Part shown: piece after piece, positions 1 through 16,439 of the stretch
How the letters are laid out: the number at the start of each line of letters is the position of its first letter
Numbering within the stretch: position 1 is the first letter of the stretch
Origin: Blastocystis sp. Blastoise
Taxonomy: Eukaryota > Protista > Bigyra: Opalinata
Direction: 5' to 3'
Assembly (NCBI GenBank): GCA_039096225.1
Contig: JBBPEB010000034.1
Span: forward strand, 1,240,001-1,304,000
Length of the DNA: 64,000 nt
The notes under the pieces: model-generated
The model's database searches: none
What the model was told of the DNA's origin: nothing
What the model saw: only the letters and a program-made list of their open reading frames with translations
Program-made: the position numbers and the translations under genes

Positions 1-3000
1 TATAAAGAGGACAAATAGAAGTATATTGATATTCTTGTGTATATATATCAAGAGAAGGAGATGTTGAAAATGAATAAAAGGATTTCTGAGTATACTATAT
101 ATAATAATATTATTATTAAATAAATAAATATATATATATACTTCTCCATCACCTTTAATATACACTTTATATTTATCTCTTCGATTATCTAAACAATATC
201 CATCATCATATATATCTCTTGTATATATATACATATACGTTAATGTACCTGCAAAACTAATAGGACTGTAAAAAGTAGAATTAAGAAATATATATAATAT
301 TATTATTGAGAGAATATAATATAAAATAAAATAAAAAGATATATAGATTTCAGTTTTCGAACAATCATTAGGACTAATTCTACTTTGAATAGTACAATAT
401 ATATAAGAATTAATTGTATCAATATCTTCTTCTTCTTCTTTATTGAGAAGACGTACATATAAATGACCATTAGAAATCTCACGAAAGAAACGAATGGATA
501 ATGTATATTGTGAAGTAGAATCCATAGTGATTCTATAACTAAAGAATTGATCGGATTCCCCTGGGAATAAAGGAATATCAAATCCTTCTGAAGATGTTAC
601 ATATACTTTTATTATAAAATTATTCTGATTCACTAAATTATAATAACGATCTCTTACTACTAATGTAAACTATATATATTATTTTTATTATTATTATTAT
701 TATATATATACATCAACACTTCTATATAAAGGAATAATTGAATAGATAGTAGAGATAGAAGAGTAGAGATAAGAAGGAACATCACTATATACTGATAATT
801 GGAATGGAGTATTAATCACAGATAAACCATTCACACTATAGAAATATATTATTATAGATTTATATATATATATATACATCCATCTAAAATAAACAGATTC
901 TGAAGTATAAGAAACAAATTGATATATTAATTTTTCATGTAATGGATCTATATATATAACAATAATAATAAATATATAAATACCTTCTTTTGAAGTAAAG
1001 AAATACGACTGATCTGTATTTAATAGAATTGTTCCTGTAAATAATGTTGTAGGAACTGTATTATTATATTCATCACGAAAATATATTTCAAAATCATCTA
1101 TATATATATATATATATATTATTAAATAAATAAAATAATAAATAAATATATACGAATAACACCAACAGTAGTAGTTCTATTTGGTGGTATAAAAATAGTA
1201 TTAGAAGGAAGAAGAGAACCATGAGTTACTGTCCATGCAGATAAAAATGGAGAATAATGAATAGGAATACCATCTACTGTTATATAAATATCATATATAG
1301 CTACATAGATAGCTTTTAAATATAAATAAAGAGAAGAAGAAGAAAGATAGGAGAAGGTATATGTAGGAAGAGATGGAACTATATATATATATAGAATAAT
1401 AAATAATATAATAATATAAATACCCTTTCGATCACTAATAAAAGTGACTTTAATTCGTTGTTCGAGATCGATATCTATAGGTATTTGTCCACATCGACTA
1501 TTAAGGAATAATTGAAGTGGATATATAGATCCTGCAGTACTCGTGAAGAAGAGAGGATATTCAGAAGTAGTAATAGTAGTAGAAGTTAAAGGAATCGTTG
1601 ATACTGTAGGAGATATCAATTGGATACCCTATTCAATATAATTATATTATTATTATAATTATTATATACTTTTTCGGGTGAAATAATTTCTAAATAATAT
1701 CCTGATGATAAATGAGAGACAGAATCCTATATATATAATAATAATAATGATTATATATAGAATGATACAAGATTGATATTGAGAGTATGTTTATTCGAGA
1801 GATAGAGATGAAGTTGATTATATCTGGAGATCAATTGTAGAGTTAATTGTCCATTATTATAGAAGGAATAGGATACTGAAGTGATTATAGAAGGAGATTT
1901 AATGGTAGCAGGAGTATCACCAGGTAAATATACTTGAAGAACTATATATTTATTATTATTAATATTATTATATATATATACTATTTTCATTAAAGAAGAA
2001 TATATAAGAATTAGTTTGAGAGAAACATCGAGATTGAAGTATATTATTATAAGGAATATCAGGGTTTATTACAGGAGTAGAAGAAGAGTATTGTATATAA
2101 GGATGAAGAAGAATACAAAAAGGAGATATGGATTCTATATATATATAATATAATATATAGTATATATATACCTAAATAGATATTTGATTTAAATTGAAGT
2201 ATTTCATACATATAAATATGATATCCAAATATTGATGTTTTATTAAGAGATACAGTCTAAATATATATATTAATAATAATAAAATATAAATATACTTGTT
2301 GTTGAATATGAATATTTTTGAAATCTCTTGTACAATAATAAGGATTTTCTCCTTCACTGTTTAAAGTACTACTATAGCTATTTCCAGAGAGATTAATACT
2401 ACTATTCATATTTGGTATAGTTGTAGTATCTTCTTTATCAATAATCATAGAAACTACTTTAGAGAGAAGAGGAGCATCACAGAGAAATGTCAAATTCGTT
2501 TGAGTTATAAAACGAGATATAGAATCTATAGAATAATATTATTTTATTATTATTATTATTATGTATACTTGATTGAGTTCCACATGTTCTAGAAGCAAAG
2601 AATATAGATATAGAATAGGTGATTCCAGGAATAAGACCTAATTTATCTGCATAATTCGTTATATTAATATGAAAACCAACTGGAGTATTATAACTATATA
2701 AATAATAATAATAATATATATAATATAAATACCCTCCATAATCTAAGAATAAATGTTTATTAATAAAAACCCATAATCCATTATTCGTTTCAAAATCTAT
2801 AAATTGATCTGTTCTATTCTCATATCTATATATATAATAATAATATTATATAAATATAAAATAATAATATACAAGAAGAATAGATTTGTTTTCATAGTAA
2901 ACCAACATTTCTTACCAATATATTCTTCTATTGGACTTAATGCATATCCTCCTTTTACATCTGTTAAAGGAAAATAAGTAGGACTAGAAGATATAAAATA

Positions 3001-4492
3001 TATATAAAATATATATATACTAGTTAAGAGTAAGAAGGTTTTTGGTACCAATAATACCAATAAGAGGAAAAGAGAAAGAATAGGAATTATTACTTTCTGT
3101 AAACCATGTATTGAAGGTAGAATATGTAGAATTCATAGATGCACTATAAAAAAGAAGAATAAAAAAAATATTATATATATATATACACAGGAAGATCATA
3201 ATCATTGAGTTCTGATTCAACGAATCCAGTTTCTTTAGAACTTCCCCATTTCTGAAAGTCAGTATTCCCTTGGGGATCTAAGCAACATAATCGAGAAATC
3301 ACTTCATTATTATGGAAATCATCAGTAATATCCTCTACGAAACAACATCCATCTCCTGCAGCAGTATAATCATAATAGGTACTCATTGTATATATTATAG
3401 CTATAAAGAATTATATTCATTAATTATATATATATAAATATACGAGAAATAGCAACAAAAGCTCGAATATTATTATCAGCATAATCATTCACTTTATCAC
3501 ATACTGTTTCTACTCTATCTTCTTTTGAATATAAATTTGAATATATATATCTATATATATATAATATATAAATAAATAAATATATATACTTTGGATAATT
3601 TGAAGGTTGTTTTGTAATAAAATTATCTGTATAATGAATAATACAATCACGAATACCAAATCCTTTCTCATCAACATATAATGCATATACTCTATATATA
3701 GTAATAATAATAATAATTGTATATTATATATATACTTATAAGTAACTGATTTTGTTTGTATTTCAATATATTCACCTCCAGGAAGTGATTGACAAGATTC
3801 ATAAGGCCATTGATTTGTTATGAATTCATTAAATGTAGAATACTTTTGAAAAGTCATTATGAAATATTCATCATCAGACCAACCATTTATATTCAATATT
3901 AACAACTTTAACGAGGTTCCTGGCAATAACGAAATAGGAAGGGAACCTATAGAAATATTTTAATTTATATTTATTTTTTATAGAAGAGATGATGATAATA
4001 ATCATAAATTTAAATATTTTTAGAAATAAATAAATTATAAAAATCATACCAATTACGTCGTAATCTCTGAATGAATTATTCTCTATGTTCTTAAAGCCTG
4101 TAGGATCTGATATATGTTCTATATAACTTCGTTTATCTGTTATAGAGTCATTATTGGAATTCGAATAAAACATTTCCCACATTTGACCTTGAAAATGATA
4201 ACAATAAGTCTAAATAAATTTATAAATGACTATAGAATTCTATTTATATATCAATACATACAAGATAAACTTCATTACGATCTTTTCCTATCCAAACATA
4301 TTCAGAATCAAAATAATAATCACCTCCTTGTTTTATCATACAATCTTGTGCAGGCAATTCTCTTGATTTACCTATTCAATTATGTGGAATATTATGGAAT
4401 TAAGAAAATTGAAAAAACAAACCTAATTTCTTTTCAGAATTAACTGCTAAACATGTAGTATAGATGAATAAGAGTAGATATAATATCCTCAT
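1..4492 (-). CDS. Large multi-exon secreted/cell-surface protein with Ig-like (filamin/invasin-type) repeats; 3' end runs off the window
   Basis: ATG at 4492 gives the signal-peptide-like MRILYLLLFIYTTCLAVNSEKK. GT..AG-bounded exons link the ORF-track fragments (MWEMFYSNS.., YDYTAAGDGCCFVED.., ITVDGIPIHYSPF..). FEIYFRDEYNN near 1060-1095 matches the 'RDxYxN' motif of filamin/Big-type Ig repeats. The protein is Ser/Thr-rich. The domain call is inference. Confidence 0.7.
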
Positions 4493-7464
4493 CTAATTAA
4501 ATAAGAATTATAAGATGAATTATCTGAAAGAAACAAAAGTGTTTTGAAAACAAGAAAATTCTCTTAATTATTTGTTAGAATCTCAGTGAAAAAATGGTTT
4601 GTGTTGTTTAAAATGTGTTTGGTTGAATTTTCTTTGATTTCTTTGTTGTTATGGAGGTGATGTGTTATTTGTATTGTTAAAAGATTTTATATTTGAATGG
4701 CTATTTTGTTTGTGGTTAAATTTTTGGATTTGATAAATAATTAATTTAATTTTGAAGTAATTCATTTAATATTTTAGTTAGAAGAGTAGTGTAATGAGTA
4801 TATAAAAGTTTATGTGATAAATTAGATAGTATTTTATCAGTCAAATAGAAGAAAAGTATTTTAAGTCATTTTTACTTTATAATTGTTTGTTTTTTTGAAT
4901 TATTTTTGATTCATTGTATTATTTAAAACATTTTACATATTATTTGAAATCAATTAATATATTTTAGTGATAATTATTGCTATGAAAACTGAATGATTAT
5001 CATAAATCTTAATCATATATATAATATAGCATCTATACATTTTATAGTTCACTTTAAAGCCATTCAATACTTTATAATTCTTCTTATTACATTAAAAAAT
5101 GAAGAAAAGAATAGAATCGTCTTTTCCCATAATTGTACTGTTCTTCTCCATAACTTGCAACATAATATTTTTGGGGTATTTCTAACAATTTTTCTTCTTT
5201 TTTCCTTTATCGTTTCTTTCCATCAATTCACATAATGATATGAACAATTAGCAGATATCATAAAACTGACAACTAAAGTCGGGAAAGAAACACAATTATT
5301 AGAATGTCTATATAGAATATCAATGAATAGAAACTCTCGTATTGTACCACTATTTCTCTTGTATTATACATAAATTGACTGATTGTAAAAAAGTTGCTAA
5401 TTCAACTGTTTTGAAAATAGTATAAAAATCGTTATAGCTACAGTTTCGGTATTTCCCAAGAAATCAGTAAAAGTGATCTTACTAGTCAAGAGAGAATTCT
5501 ACAGTGTCTACAGTCAAGTCTAAAACCAATGAAAACCTATTGGAGTCAATAAACAAAGAATTCTTCTAACAATTTCTCGCTATTTACCTAGTTTTTAAAT
5601 AAGATGTTCTTTATAAGCTATGTTATCAAAACGAGTCATAAAAAATAGTAACATTTGTTTTATTTTTCTATATAAAAAGATTGCTATCTTACGTCAATAC
5701 GACTTTTCCCATGAATCAGCAAACGATATTCAGAAACTCTTCATTCATTTGTATTCGTTGTTTTTTGCAAAACACTTTGGCTATCCTTTTTTATTTTTCA
5801 TTTTATTCTATGAATATGGAATATAATTATATAATTTATTATTTTCTAATGAGTATTTTATGTGTACTCTTCATTAGTAGATTTTAAAATACATAATAAA
5901 GACAATTATAGTGATTCCATTTTAATAATGTTGTCAATTTTGAGTATAAATTGTTATATAATGTTTATCAATATTACAGATATACATAAATGAATTTTAT
6001 AGGATTAAAAGAGGAAATGAATAAAAGTAATAGTTTGTAAAATTATATTTAAAGCATTATATAAATTTTTTGTGAGACTTTTCTTCTAAAAACTTATTTT
6101 TTTTATTTTAGAATGATAAAATGTATTAAATCATTTATAAATGTATTATTTTATTCTATCTACTTGCTAACTTGTTTAATTGATTAAAATGAATACATGA
6201 AAACACTGATTCTCAAAGATGAGTGTATTTTTCTTATTAAATGAGTTAAAAACAAAAGTTATTCACAATATATTGAATATGTATAATAAGAAATAATAAA
6301 GAATAACGATGAAAAAACATCAAAATTGATTATTTATAAAAATATATTTGAAAAGTCTTTACATATCAATATCAGTGTCATAAAGAAATATAAACTCATA
6401 GATTTAGATTTATAAATGATTTAGTATATGAAGAGGATCTTTATGTATTTAATAATGTGAACTATTTCTTCAAAATACTTTATACAATAAAGAGTAGCAA
6501 TGAAATGCTTTTAGAGAATTCAGTAGATGAATCAGTTTCATACTCTTCAACTGTTCTCAATCCATGTACATGAATAGATTCTTGATAAGCATTAATTTAT
6601 ATATAATATAATAACTACATAAATAGCATGAATATCAGGAAATAAAGATGAATTGCTTGTTTCAATTGGTATACATAAGGTATATTCATGTTATAATTAT
6701 TATAATTTGATAGAATATATTTTTGTAACTTCATGGAATATAATATTGCTATTATTTCAAAAACAAGAAGAGAATCACTGTTAATTGTTTCTATCTTGTT
6801 GAAATTCCAGTAAAGATTAAATAATTGACATCTCAAAATATAATAAATCATCACAGACTTCTTAAATAGCTTCTCATGAAGATCAATATAGGATTTTGAA
6901 AATAATTTGTTGAAGAATTGCGAATATTTGACTTTTATTTGAAATACATTTTGTTAACATTTGATTAAAGCAGCCAATAATACATTCTTTTATGTTTATT
7001 TAGTAATTTTGATGTTTGTATTTCTTTTTTTGATCATAAAAATAAATTCTTTGAGTATATCCATGTTCTCTAAGTATGTTAACTAACATATTCAACTATA
7101 TTGAATTGAATAAGTTATTTTAACGATATAAAATGATTAAAAAAGATTTAAAAGAAGTAATATTTTTCACTTTTTAATTTTTTCGCTTTAAAAAAATATA
7201 TAATCGTGATTCTTTTTTGATACTTGTTCATTCACTTTGAAATGCTATATAATTACCCTTAATATCAATTAGTAACTAAGAGTAATTCCATATATATCTT
7301 TTCTAAAAATTTGCAAGTTTTAATTTTTCTTGCTTTCATTAATTCATTGTTTTTATTCTAGAATACAACTTTTTTCAAAGTATTTATTGAATATATTATA
7401 TAGAAATGCGTTTCCGAAGAATAATACTTTATAATTATGTTATTTTTATAGTTGAATTCAAGTG

Positions 7465-10400
7465 ATGTCAGAAAGCAAGTCAATATTAACAGAAGATAAA
7501 TGTATGTGAGTATGATTACAATCAATTTATATGTTTTTAGATTTGTTTACGTTTCAAGATGAGAAGCAATTATGGGTTTCAAGAGAATTTATTGAGAAAT
7601 ATCCTCAATTCCCCTTTCATGATATTATTCAACACTCAGATAAATATGAGGATGGTAGCTATTATATAGATATACCTTCAATGAGCATGAATAAAGTTAT
7701 TTCTTTATTTAATGATAAAAATAAAGATATTTCTTCTTTAAATCTACGAGACACTTATGATATATATAGAACACTTCATGAATATTCAGTTACACTTGAT
7801 AAAAAAACTCAAAAATGTTTATTATTACATATTAAAAAATTATTTGCAGAGTATCTGAAAGAGAATAGTTATGAGATATTTATAGGTTATGGCAATAGAA
7901 ACCTGCTGGATGATGATTATCCTATTGAATTATTTGATTCAGATTGGAAAAAAATAAGTATAAAAGGTATATTTATATTATTATTTGCAAATAATATGTA
8001 TAGGCTTATTTACACAACAACGAAGAGAAGAATTATTCTATTATTCATTACTTATTAAACTGATGAATATTATTATAGTTGAAATTGAATGTAAATAGAT
8101 ATTAAAATAATAAATAAATATATACAGATGATTATTCTTCAAATATTCCATTAGAATATATATGTCCATTGTGTATTAAAGATATATTCCCTTCATTAAA
8201 CGAATTAACAATAAATGGTATATATATACCTTTGTTTTACTATATATATAGTAACTACAAGTAGTAAACAAACTGAATTAGTATTGAATCCAAATAGTGA
8301 TGAATATATAATGGAATATGCTCGCCTATTCTATAGTAATGACTATGAAATAAGTAAACGTAAAAAATATGAGTATTACACCGAATCAGAAATGAATGAA
8401 TATAATAAGATTTCTTCTTTAGATACTAAAAATATTTATTATTCTCGTGATTTGATTGTTTCTTATAATAAAAAAAGAAAACAAAATCAGTTACCAAAAA
8501 TATTTAAAAATAGTATTAATGAAGTTATATATACAAATGATTATTCAGAAATCAAAAATAGTGAAATGATTTGTAATAATATGCTTAAAGATACAGCTAG
8601 AATTACATTTGATAGTATATATATATATATAGAATTAAAACTTTTCATTTAGAATCCTTATAATATATAATCAAGCATTTTTTAATAATCCTTATATATA
8701 GACTACAAAAACAATAAAAAATTGTGGTATTTTCATATATATATATATTTATATCATTAATTTATTCTTATGTATATATCAAATAGTATTGATAAAATAT
8801 CTTCAAAATGGGGTATGTCTCAATTATTACAACTTTGTCCTTATTTTTCTATTTCAGAAATATGGTTTAATACATGTAAATAAATACACTATAAACATAA
8901 TATCAAACACTAGTACATTCCTATTCAAAATATGAGGCTATGACTATTATAAAATCATTGGAAGGTGTCTTTGATTCTTTAAAAACATTAAATATTAGGT
9001 GGAGTATGTATTTCTAGTTATTATTGTCAATATTACTACTCTATGTTATTGTTTAATATAGCTAAAGAATTATTTGATAAAATTAATAATAAATTGTTTA
9101 TGAAAATAATGACAACTCATGTATTTCCAAATGTTACTGAAATTATATATGATGATGGTATAGATATGTATTATATAAAGTATATATTATATATAGAATC
9201 TTTCAGATTGTCTTCAATGAAAAAAGAATGCTTCCCTAAATTACATATTATCAATTACAATGTTACAATAAGTAATTTCATATATAATACATGACTATTA
9301 TTTTTATTCTAGCTACTAGTAATTTTGAATTCCTTTTTCCTATGGATTTAATGTCAATAATTGATACTATTAGAATAAATAGAATTGATATCAACAATAA
9401 CAAGGAAATAGCTATTCTTTTAGATAACCTAGTTTATAGTCATTCAATTCATATTGATGAAATTAATCCATTACTTTGTAGTATATATATTTGATAGTAT
9501 TACACTCTCTATACAATTACATTTCTTTGTTTTTATATAGATGGATTGATTTATTGTTTTCCACATTTAAAAGAATTATTGGAGAAAAATCTTATTTCCT
9601 TTGATAAAATTTATAGTATAATATATATATATATATATATTAAAAAAATATTATTTTATATGCTATATATTATTTTTAATCATATAAAGTTGATACTTCT
9701 GATTCTATAAATGTCAAAAAATTGGATTATTTTGAAAAGTATAAACATAATATTGATCGTTTAGATATTACATTCAATGGTATTCATTTAATATATAGTA
9801 TTAATATTCATGTATAGATAATATGGAAGATGATATAAGAAATTCTTTGGAAGGAGTTTTAAAGAGTAGTGTATTAGAACATTTGAATGAATTTGCTATA
9901 ACATGTATATTCTTTATTATATAATATTATGTTTTGTATAACGTCTATAGTTGAAGAAAATATAAGTTTTGAATATTTAAAATGGATATCAAGTGCTTTT
10001 AATGATAATAAGATTACAGTTATTAAAAAATTAACGATTAATTGTATATTATATTATAAATATATGATAATATATAGTACGCTATATCAAGGAAGACTCA
10101 TTCTCTGAGTATTTCACAATATTAGAAAACATAATGAATATATTGATTCCTATCGCTTCTATTGTTTTTATTTATGGTAATTATATATATATATGATGAT
10201 TATGTCAATAATAATTATTTAATTAATTTAAATAAAATTATAAAGGAAATATGACAGATATAAATAGATTGATTCTTAAAGGCTGTTTCCATAATATAAC
10301 TGAATTATCTTTATGTATATATATATTCTACAAACAAAACGTTTCAATAGAAAACATGATATATCTGATCTTATTTTAATATTTGTATTATTATAGACCC

Positions 10401-11233
10401 TAATGATATACCTGATGAACACTTTTGTGAACTATATACTACAGATAGTTTCCCTAAGTTGAAATTGATCAAGTTTCGTATATATTTATAGTAATAATAA
10501 GATATATATTACAAATTATGAATCTTTGTGTATTATTTCTTTATTATATAATTTCATTTTATTCAATATTATATATATTAATAGGAACATTTAGAGACAA
10601 TGATTGGTGGAATGGTTTTATCCAAAAATATGTATATATATGAATCATAACAACTTTCCATTATCAACTAGTATTCAATTAACATGTATGTCAATCCAAA
10701 TAATACACTATTATTTATTAATGCTATTAATTCTATAGGTGGCTCTTCTTATGAGTATATTTATGATCCTAATACTTCTATTCTTCGATGTAAACAGGAT
10801 ACTCATTCACTTATGGATACAGTTAAATGTACAGAAGGTACATATATGTAACTAATATGTATTATATAATATGTAGATAAAACAATAAATGAATATGAAA
10901 TAGAGACATTATTTGATTGTATAAATGAAAATAAGACGAAAAGTTTAAAAAGTTTAGAAATATGTATACATATATATAAATATTTTAAATTATACTTTTT
11001 TATAGATATTTATAATGAGGAACACTTATTAGAATTGATCAATTTTATAACTAATGGAAAGATTCCTAAATTGAAAGAATTTATAATTCATATCAGTATA
11101 TTTACAGATATATATATCTATAATGTTTTGTATAGATGAATATATTCCAGATGAACACATTAATTCATATAAACAACAATTGATTGATTCTATGTTTATT
11201 CAAGAAAATCATGTGTATTATAAATTCGATTAA
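7465..11233 (+). CDS. Multi-exon hypothetical protein: N-terminal BTB/POZ-like region followed by degenerate leucine-rich-repeat-like units
   Basis: ATG at 7465 (MSESKSILTEDK), then an intron, then LFTFQDEKQLWVSREFIEKYPQFPF..DGSYYIDIPS. Roughly 20 short GT..AG introns follow. Recurring FPSLNEL/FPNVTEI/FPKLHII/FPKLKLI/IPKLKEF motifs. Ends ..HVYYKFD-TAA at 11233. Confidence 0.7.
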
Positions 11234-13056
11234 ATTAAGCAAATTATTTTATATTTGTTTTTTTTGTTGCTTTATATATAATCTATTTTTTTAAATAAAA
11301 AAAAAAATATTTATTTAAATTTCTATTAATTATATATATATATAAATTTATTATTTTATTTGAAAATAATGGAATAAAAATAATCAGTATATATGTTAGC
11401 TGTTGTTTTCAGTATTTGATATTCTTTAAATAATATATTATTGTTTGTTATGAATTCATTGTTCTATTGTGTTTATTAGGTATTCTTAAAGAAGAATAAA
11501 TACTTCAATAGATATATTCTTATACAAAAATAATTTGAAATAATTTTTGGTAAAAATGTTTAATAACTGTTAACTACTATATATGAAGTATTAAAAAGAA
11601 AAAAGACTGTTTTGGATCTACTTTTTTAAAAGAATTACAAATTCAAAATATATAAAAAATTATTTGTTTTAGGGTTTCTTATGTAGTTATATAATGTTTG
11701 TTTTACTGATTATAAAAGTAGTTTCAAAGTAAGCTGTAGAAGAATAGAGGAAATATGTTGTTTATATAAGAATCTCTTTTCATGCTTAATATATAAAATA
11801 CCAAATAGTTTTTAATATATGTAAAATTAAATATCATATAGAGACTTTGATATAAATAGGTTAATAGTATAGTATACCATCCAATAGAATTATACATGTT
11901 TATAAATATTGAAAAAAATATATTTTTATGATTAATTATAAATGTAAAATATATTTAAAAATTACAGTTATTAAATGTATATATATGAATTGTTATACTT
12001 GAAATCATTTTATATGCTATTATATCAGAATTTAATTATTTATTATATAATTGATATTGTTTAAATAAGATAATGAATAAGAAACGTTCTGTACTGTGAG
12101 CTAATCATATTTGGTCTATAGATGAATATGGTAAATATATATAAGTTAAGTATCTTAGATAATTATTTTTTGTTGAATAGTATACAAAAATAAAAGTGAT
12201 AATAATTGTTTGGATGGAAATAATATACTCATTTACATGATGATTATAAGGAGTATAAGATATATTATGATTAATTTTTTTTAAGAATAAAAATAGAAAA
12301 AAAATAATGATTTTTAATTAACTAGAAGGATATTGAAATTGAAAGAAATAAAATAATTTGAATGGGTAGAGAACTATATTATGAATGTAATAAATATATA
12401 AAGATATTAAATCGAGGATAGAATTGAAATGATTAGCTAAATTATTATTATAATTATCAATAATATCAGTGATTCATGTGAATTATGATTATTTAAATAA
12501 CATAGAATATGAATTGAAGTTCAAATAAATCATATGAAGAAGATTTGAAACCAAAATGTGAATAAAAGAGGTATTTAGAAGTAATACATATTAATTCAGA
12601 ATATTCAGAACAATCTGATTAAGAATTAATATAGAATTGACTTGTTACCGTAGCTAATGGAATAAAGAATGACAATTATTTGCTTATTTTGATCTATTTT
12701 AATGTTTTTCTTGTAAATTACATGATTTATAAATAACAAAATAAAATATTTTTCATTATAAATGCAATTTAAATGAATAATAAAGAGATTTAAAAAATGA
12801 ATAAAAAAATTGTAAATAATATGTATTTATTTTAAAATAAAAGTCAATAAATCAAAAATAATCGTGAATTGGTGAAAACCTAGTTTTTCATAAATATTTA
12901 CGATTATTATTAAGTTTTAAGGCATAAAAAAAAATTTGTTTTCATTTAGTTTATTAACTAGAATTCTGAATTAGAGAAACAGGTTTCTCTTTATAGGATA
13001 GAAAAAGAGTTTTTAAAAAAGTTTTCACTTTTATTTTATTTCTTTTATTGTTAAGA

Positions 13057-14628
13057 ATGGTGAAAGAGAAGGTAGAATTTGATGCTGATAAGATGGGTGA
13101 TATTCAGAAGGATGTAATTCATTTTGAAAGACTGATTGGTGATTTGATTGGTATTTTGAGTAAGTCAATAAGTTTCTGTATTCATTCAGGTGAGTCTATA
13201 AATGAATTGGTAAAGCAATCTGTAAGAAATTGTGAAACAATGAATGATAAAAATGGCGATGATCCAAAAATAATTATCCAAGAATCTTCTTTTCTGAATG
13301 AAAATGATTTAAATATGAATAATAATGATAATGGAATTGATTATATTCGATTCACAAGTAATGGTCCAGTTTATTCTCTTCCTAAACGAATAACAAATAG
13401 TCTAGTGGGTAGCTATTTATATGAATATTCTCAAGAAGATAAAAGAAGTGTTGATGGTACTATTTTTTTTGATTATCGTGGTGATGAAACACTTTTTCCT
13501 TTATTAATTGATTCTTTAATGAATAAGAAAATAAATATTGATAAATTGAAATTTGGAGATCAAATTGATTTATTAAAAATGTTTGAATATTGTGAATTAC
13601 CTATTCCTGAAGAATTAATGAAAGTTTATTACCAAAGAGATCACAATATCAAGAAATATGAAGAAGATGATGATGTCATTCTTTATGTAAACAATAAGAA
13701 AGATGATATATTAAGAGATTATTTGAAAAAGAATGGATTATGGAATAAAATTGTTAATGAATATGGATATGGATATGTAGATTATGATGAAGAAAATAAT
13801 GAAATGTTTATGAAAGTGTATCTTGAATATATTGATTATATTGATGAATATATTCTATATAATTGTATTTATATTTCTGAAGAAGAAACAAAGAATATAA
13901 ATAGAGAATTATTAGAGAATGAAATGTATGGTTTATTTGGTGATAAAGGAAAAGAAAAGGTCAAAGAAGGAATGATAACTCCTCAGTGTTTTGTTGGCAC
14001 AAAAATAATAATGAATTATTCAATGGAAATACCTTTAATGAATTGGCTTGGTAAAGAAAAGAAATGGAAATTATTATTTAGGTATATATAAATTATTATA
14101 TTATATCATTGTATATATATAGAGCAAGTGAACATAATTATAAAGCAAGTGAATTTCATAAATATTGTGATAATACAGAAGAAACAGTGACTTTAATCAA
14201 ACATATAGGTAATAATAATCATATTAATATATTTGGAGGATATACTGATCAAAATTGGGATAGTTCAGATCGTATATTTATTTATATAATTGTTTAATAT
14301 TATTTATATAGGTTGGAAAAATTATTCTAAAGAATTTCTATTTACATTAAGTAATGAACATGGTATTCCTCCTACTAAATATGATTATACATATAGTAAT
14401 AGAAGTTATGCTATATATTATTCTTCTTCTTATGGTCCAACATTTGGAGGTGGTTTTGATATAAAAATATCTGATCAATGCAATAATAATACTAATTCTT
14501 CTTGTAATGCATATTCTTATTCTGAAGTAAATACTCCTCAAAAACATTCATTATTTGTAAATACTAATGATGCTAATTCTGGTAACAGTTTTACAGTAGA
14601 AGATTATGAAGTCTGGGGAAGAGTATAA
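13057..14628 (+). CDS. TLDc-domain protein with upstream BTB/POZ-like segment
   Basis: Splicing introns 14082-14122 and 14272-14311 gives WKLLFRASEHNYKASEFHKYCDN..IFGGYT..W..FLFTL..YGPTFGGGFDIKI..FTVEDYEVWGRV*, the canonical TLDc signature. A possible in-frame 30-nt intron lies near 13159-13188. Confidence 0.9.
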
Positions 14629-16439
14629 AAAGAATAATAAATTATGTTTTTTATTTCAATCATTATATATATTCTTTTCTTTTCTTTATTGAGAAAAGTT
14701 TTTCATTATATATATATTATTTTTAATAAAATATAAAAAATAGTTTTGTTAATTGTTTTCTAACTGCATTCATACTATTAAAAGTTTATTAATATTAATT
14801 ATTATATAATATTCTCAAGATAAATATATATTTTTTATTAAAAATAATTTTTATAAACATGTTTATTTTATAGATATATAACAAAGGATAATATATAAAT
14901 CATATAATAAAAACAATAAAATATATGAAGGATAGGAGTTCTATGATAATAATAAACATCAATACATTATTGTTTATTTAAATAATTAAAAAAATCTTAT
15001 TGAAAGTCTAAAATAATAAATAGTTGTCTATAATATAAAATGAAAGATGTTTCTATTCTTTTTTATCAAAAATTTAATACTTTTTATAAACAATAATAAT
15101 AAGAATACTATACATATGAATATCAATTTATATAATATATAAATAAAAATATATTATATCATTGAATTATAAAAAAATAATAATAAATATGTTTAAAATA
15201 AATGTACAGAATGACTATTATTTAAAAGAAATGAACAAATTCAAATAAATATTAATAATAAAATTAAATAACGTTTTTAAATATAATAAAAAAATAATTT
15301 ATAAACAAGAATAAGTTGAGAATAGTATAGAATTCATGAATAGTATACAATTTTCAAAAGTAGCCAAATGAACATTTTAATAGTATTTATAAGTATTATA
15401 AAATAAGAATGATTATAAAAATAGTTTTTATTATGATGAAGAGTATAAATACAGATGTATAATAGAATAATATAGAAAATTTGAATAAATAATAAAGAAG
15501 ATAGATTTGATGAGATATATAAAAAATAATATAGGTGTCTTACCAATATTTTGTGGTACTTGTTGTGACTATCTCAGAAAGACATTTAAATCAGATATAA
15601 TACAGTGAATAAAAAAATATTTACATTGTTAAAAAATAACAAAGGTGTCACATGTTTGACAATTGCTGTAAAAAAAGTGTTTCAGGGAAGAGAGAGATTA
15701 TTATTATTATTATTATAGAGAACAATTGGTGAAAATATTTTCCATTATGAATATATTTATACTATGGAATTAAATGAATGGAATCATGTGATATTCTTAT
15801 TAATACCATTTTATAAAGATTATAGTTTTGTATATATATTATTATATATATAATAATGTAAAATATTTTGTATATTTCTCTCTTCTTTGTTATATAGATA
15901 TTCATGACATTTAATAATCTATTTATTATTCTTTTTTATTCTATTTTTATCAAGCATATATATATGTAGTTTCTCAACTACTATTTTGAATCTATATCTT
16001 TATCTCTAAACTTTTAAATTAAATGTTTTTATAAAAGTTATTAATCAATAAATATTATATATATATATATAGATTTATATAATTATAATCTTCTAAAAGT
16101 CCCTACCTTTCATCATCTAGCCTTCAAATCATTATTCTTACCCTTACAACAATTCATATCTCCCATTTGCAGAAGGATTATATTCTTAAGGGTTTCCAAC
16201 AACTTGATGTATATAAATATATTGTATATTATATATATATATATATTGTTTGTATAATATGTATCTACTATATATAATAATAATAATATATATATATAGT
16301 ACATAAATATTATATAGAGGTGATTCATCTTATTCATTTGTAGGTCCATTTGATATATTTAATATACTCACTACCATTATAATGTATATATATATATTAT
16401 TTCTAACAATAAAAATTTATAAGAATATATATATATATA

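Noticed and set aside
4993-6854. Short ORFs between the first two genes
   Set aside because: Low-complexity F/I/L/Y composition typical of random AT-rich DNA; no motif or consistent exon chain recognised.
11233-14660. Blastocystis-type stop codons created by polyadenylation
   Set aside because: The complete genes here end in genome-encoded TAA (11231-11233, 14626-14628, and 20017-20019 on the minus strand).
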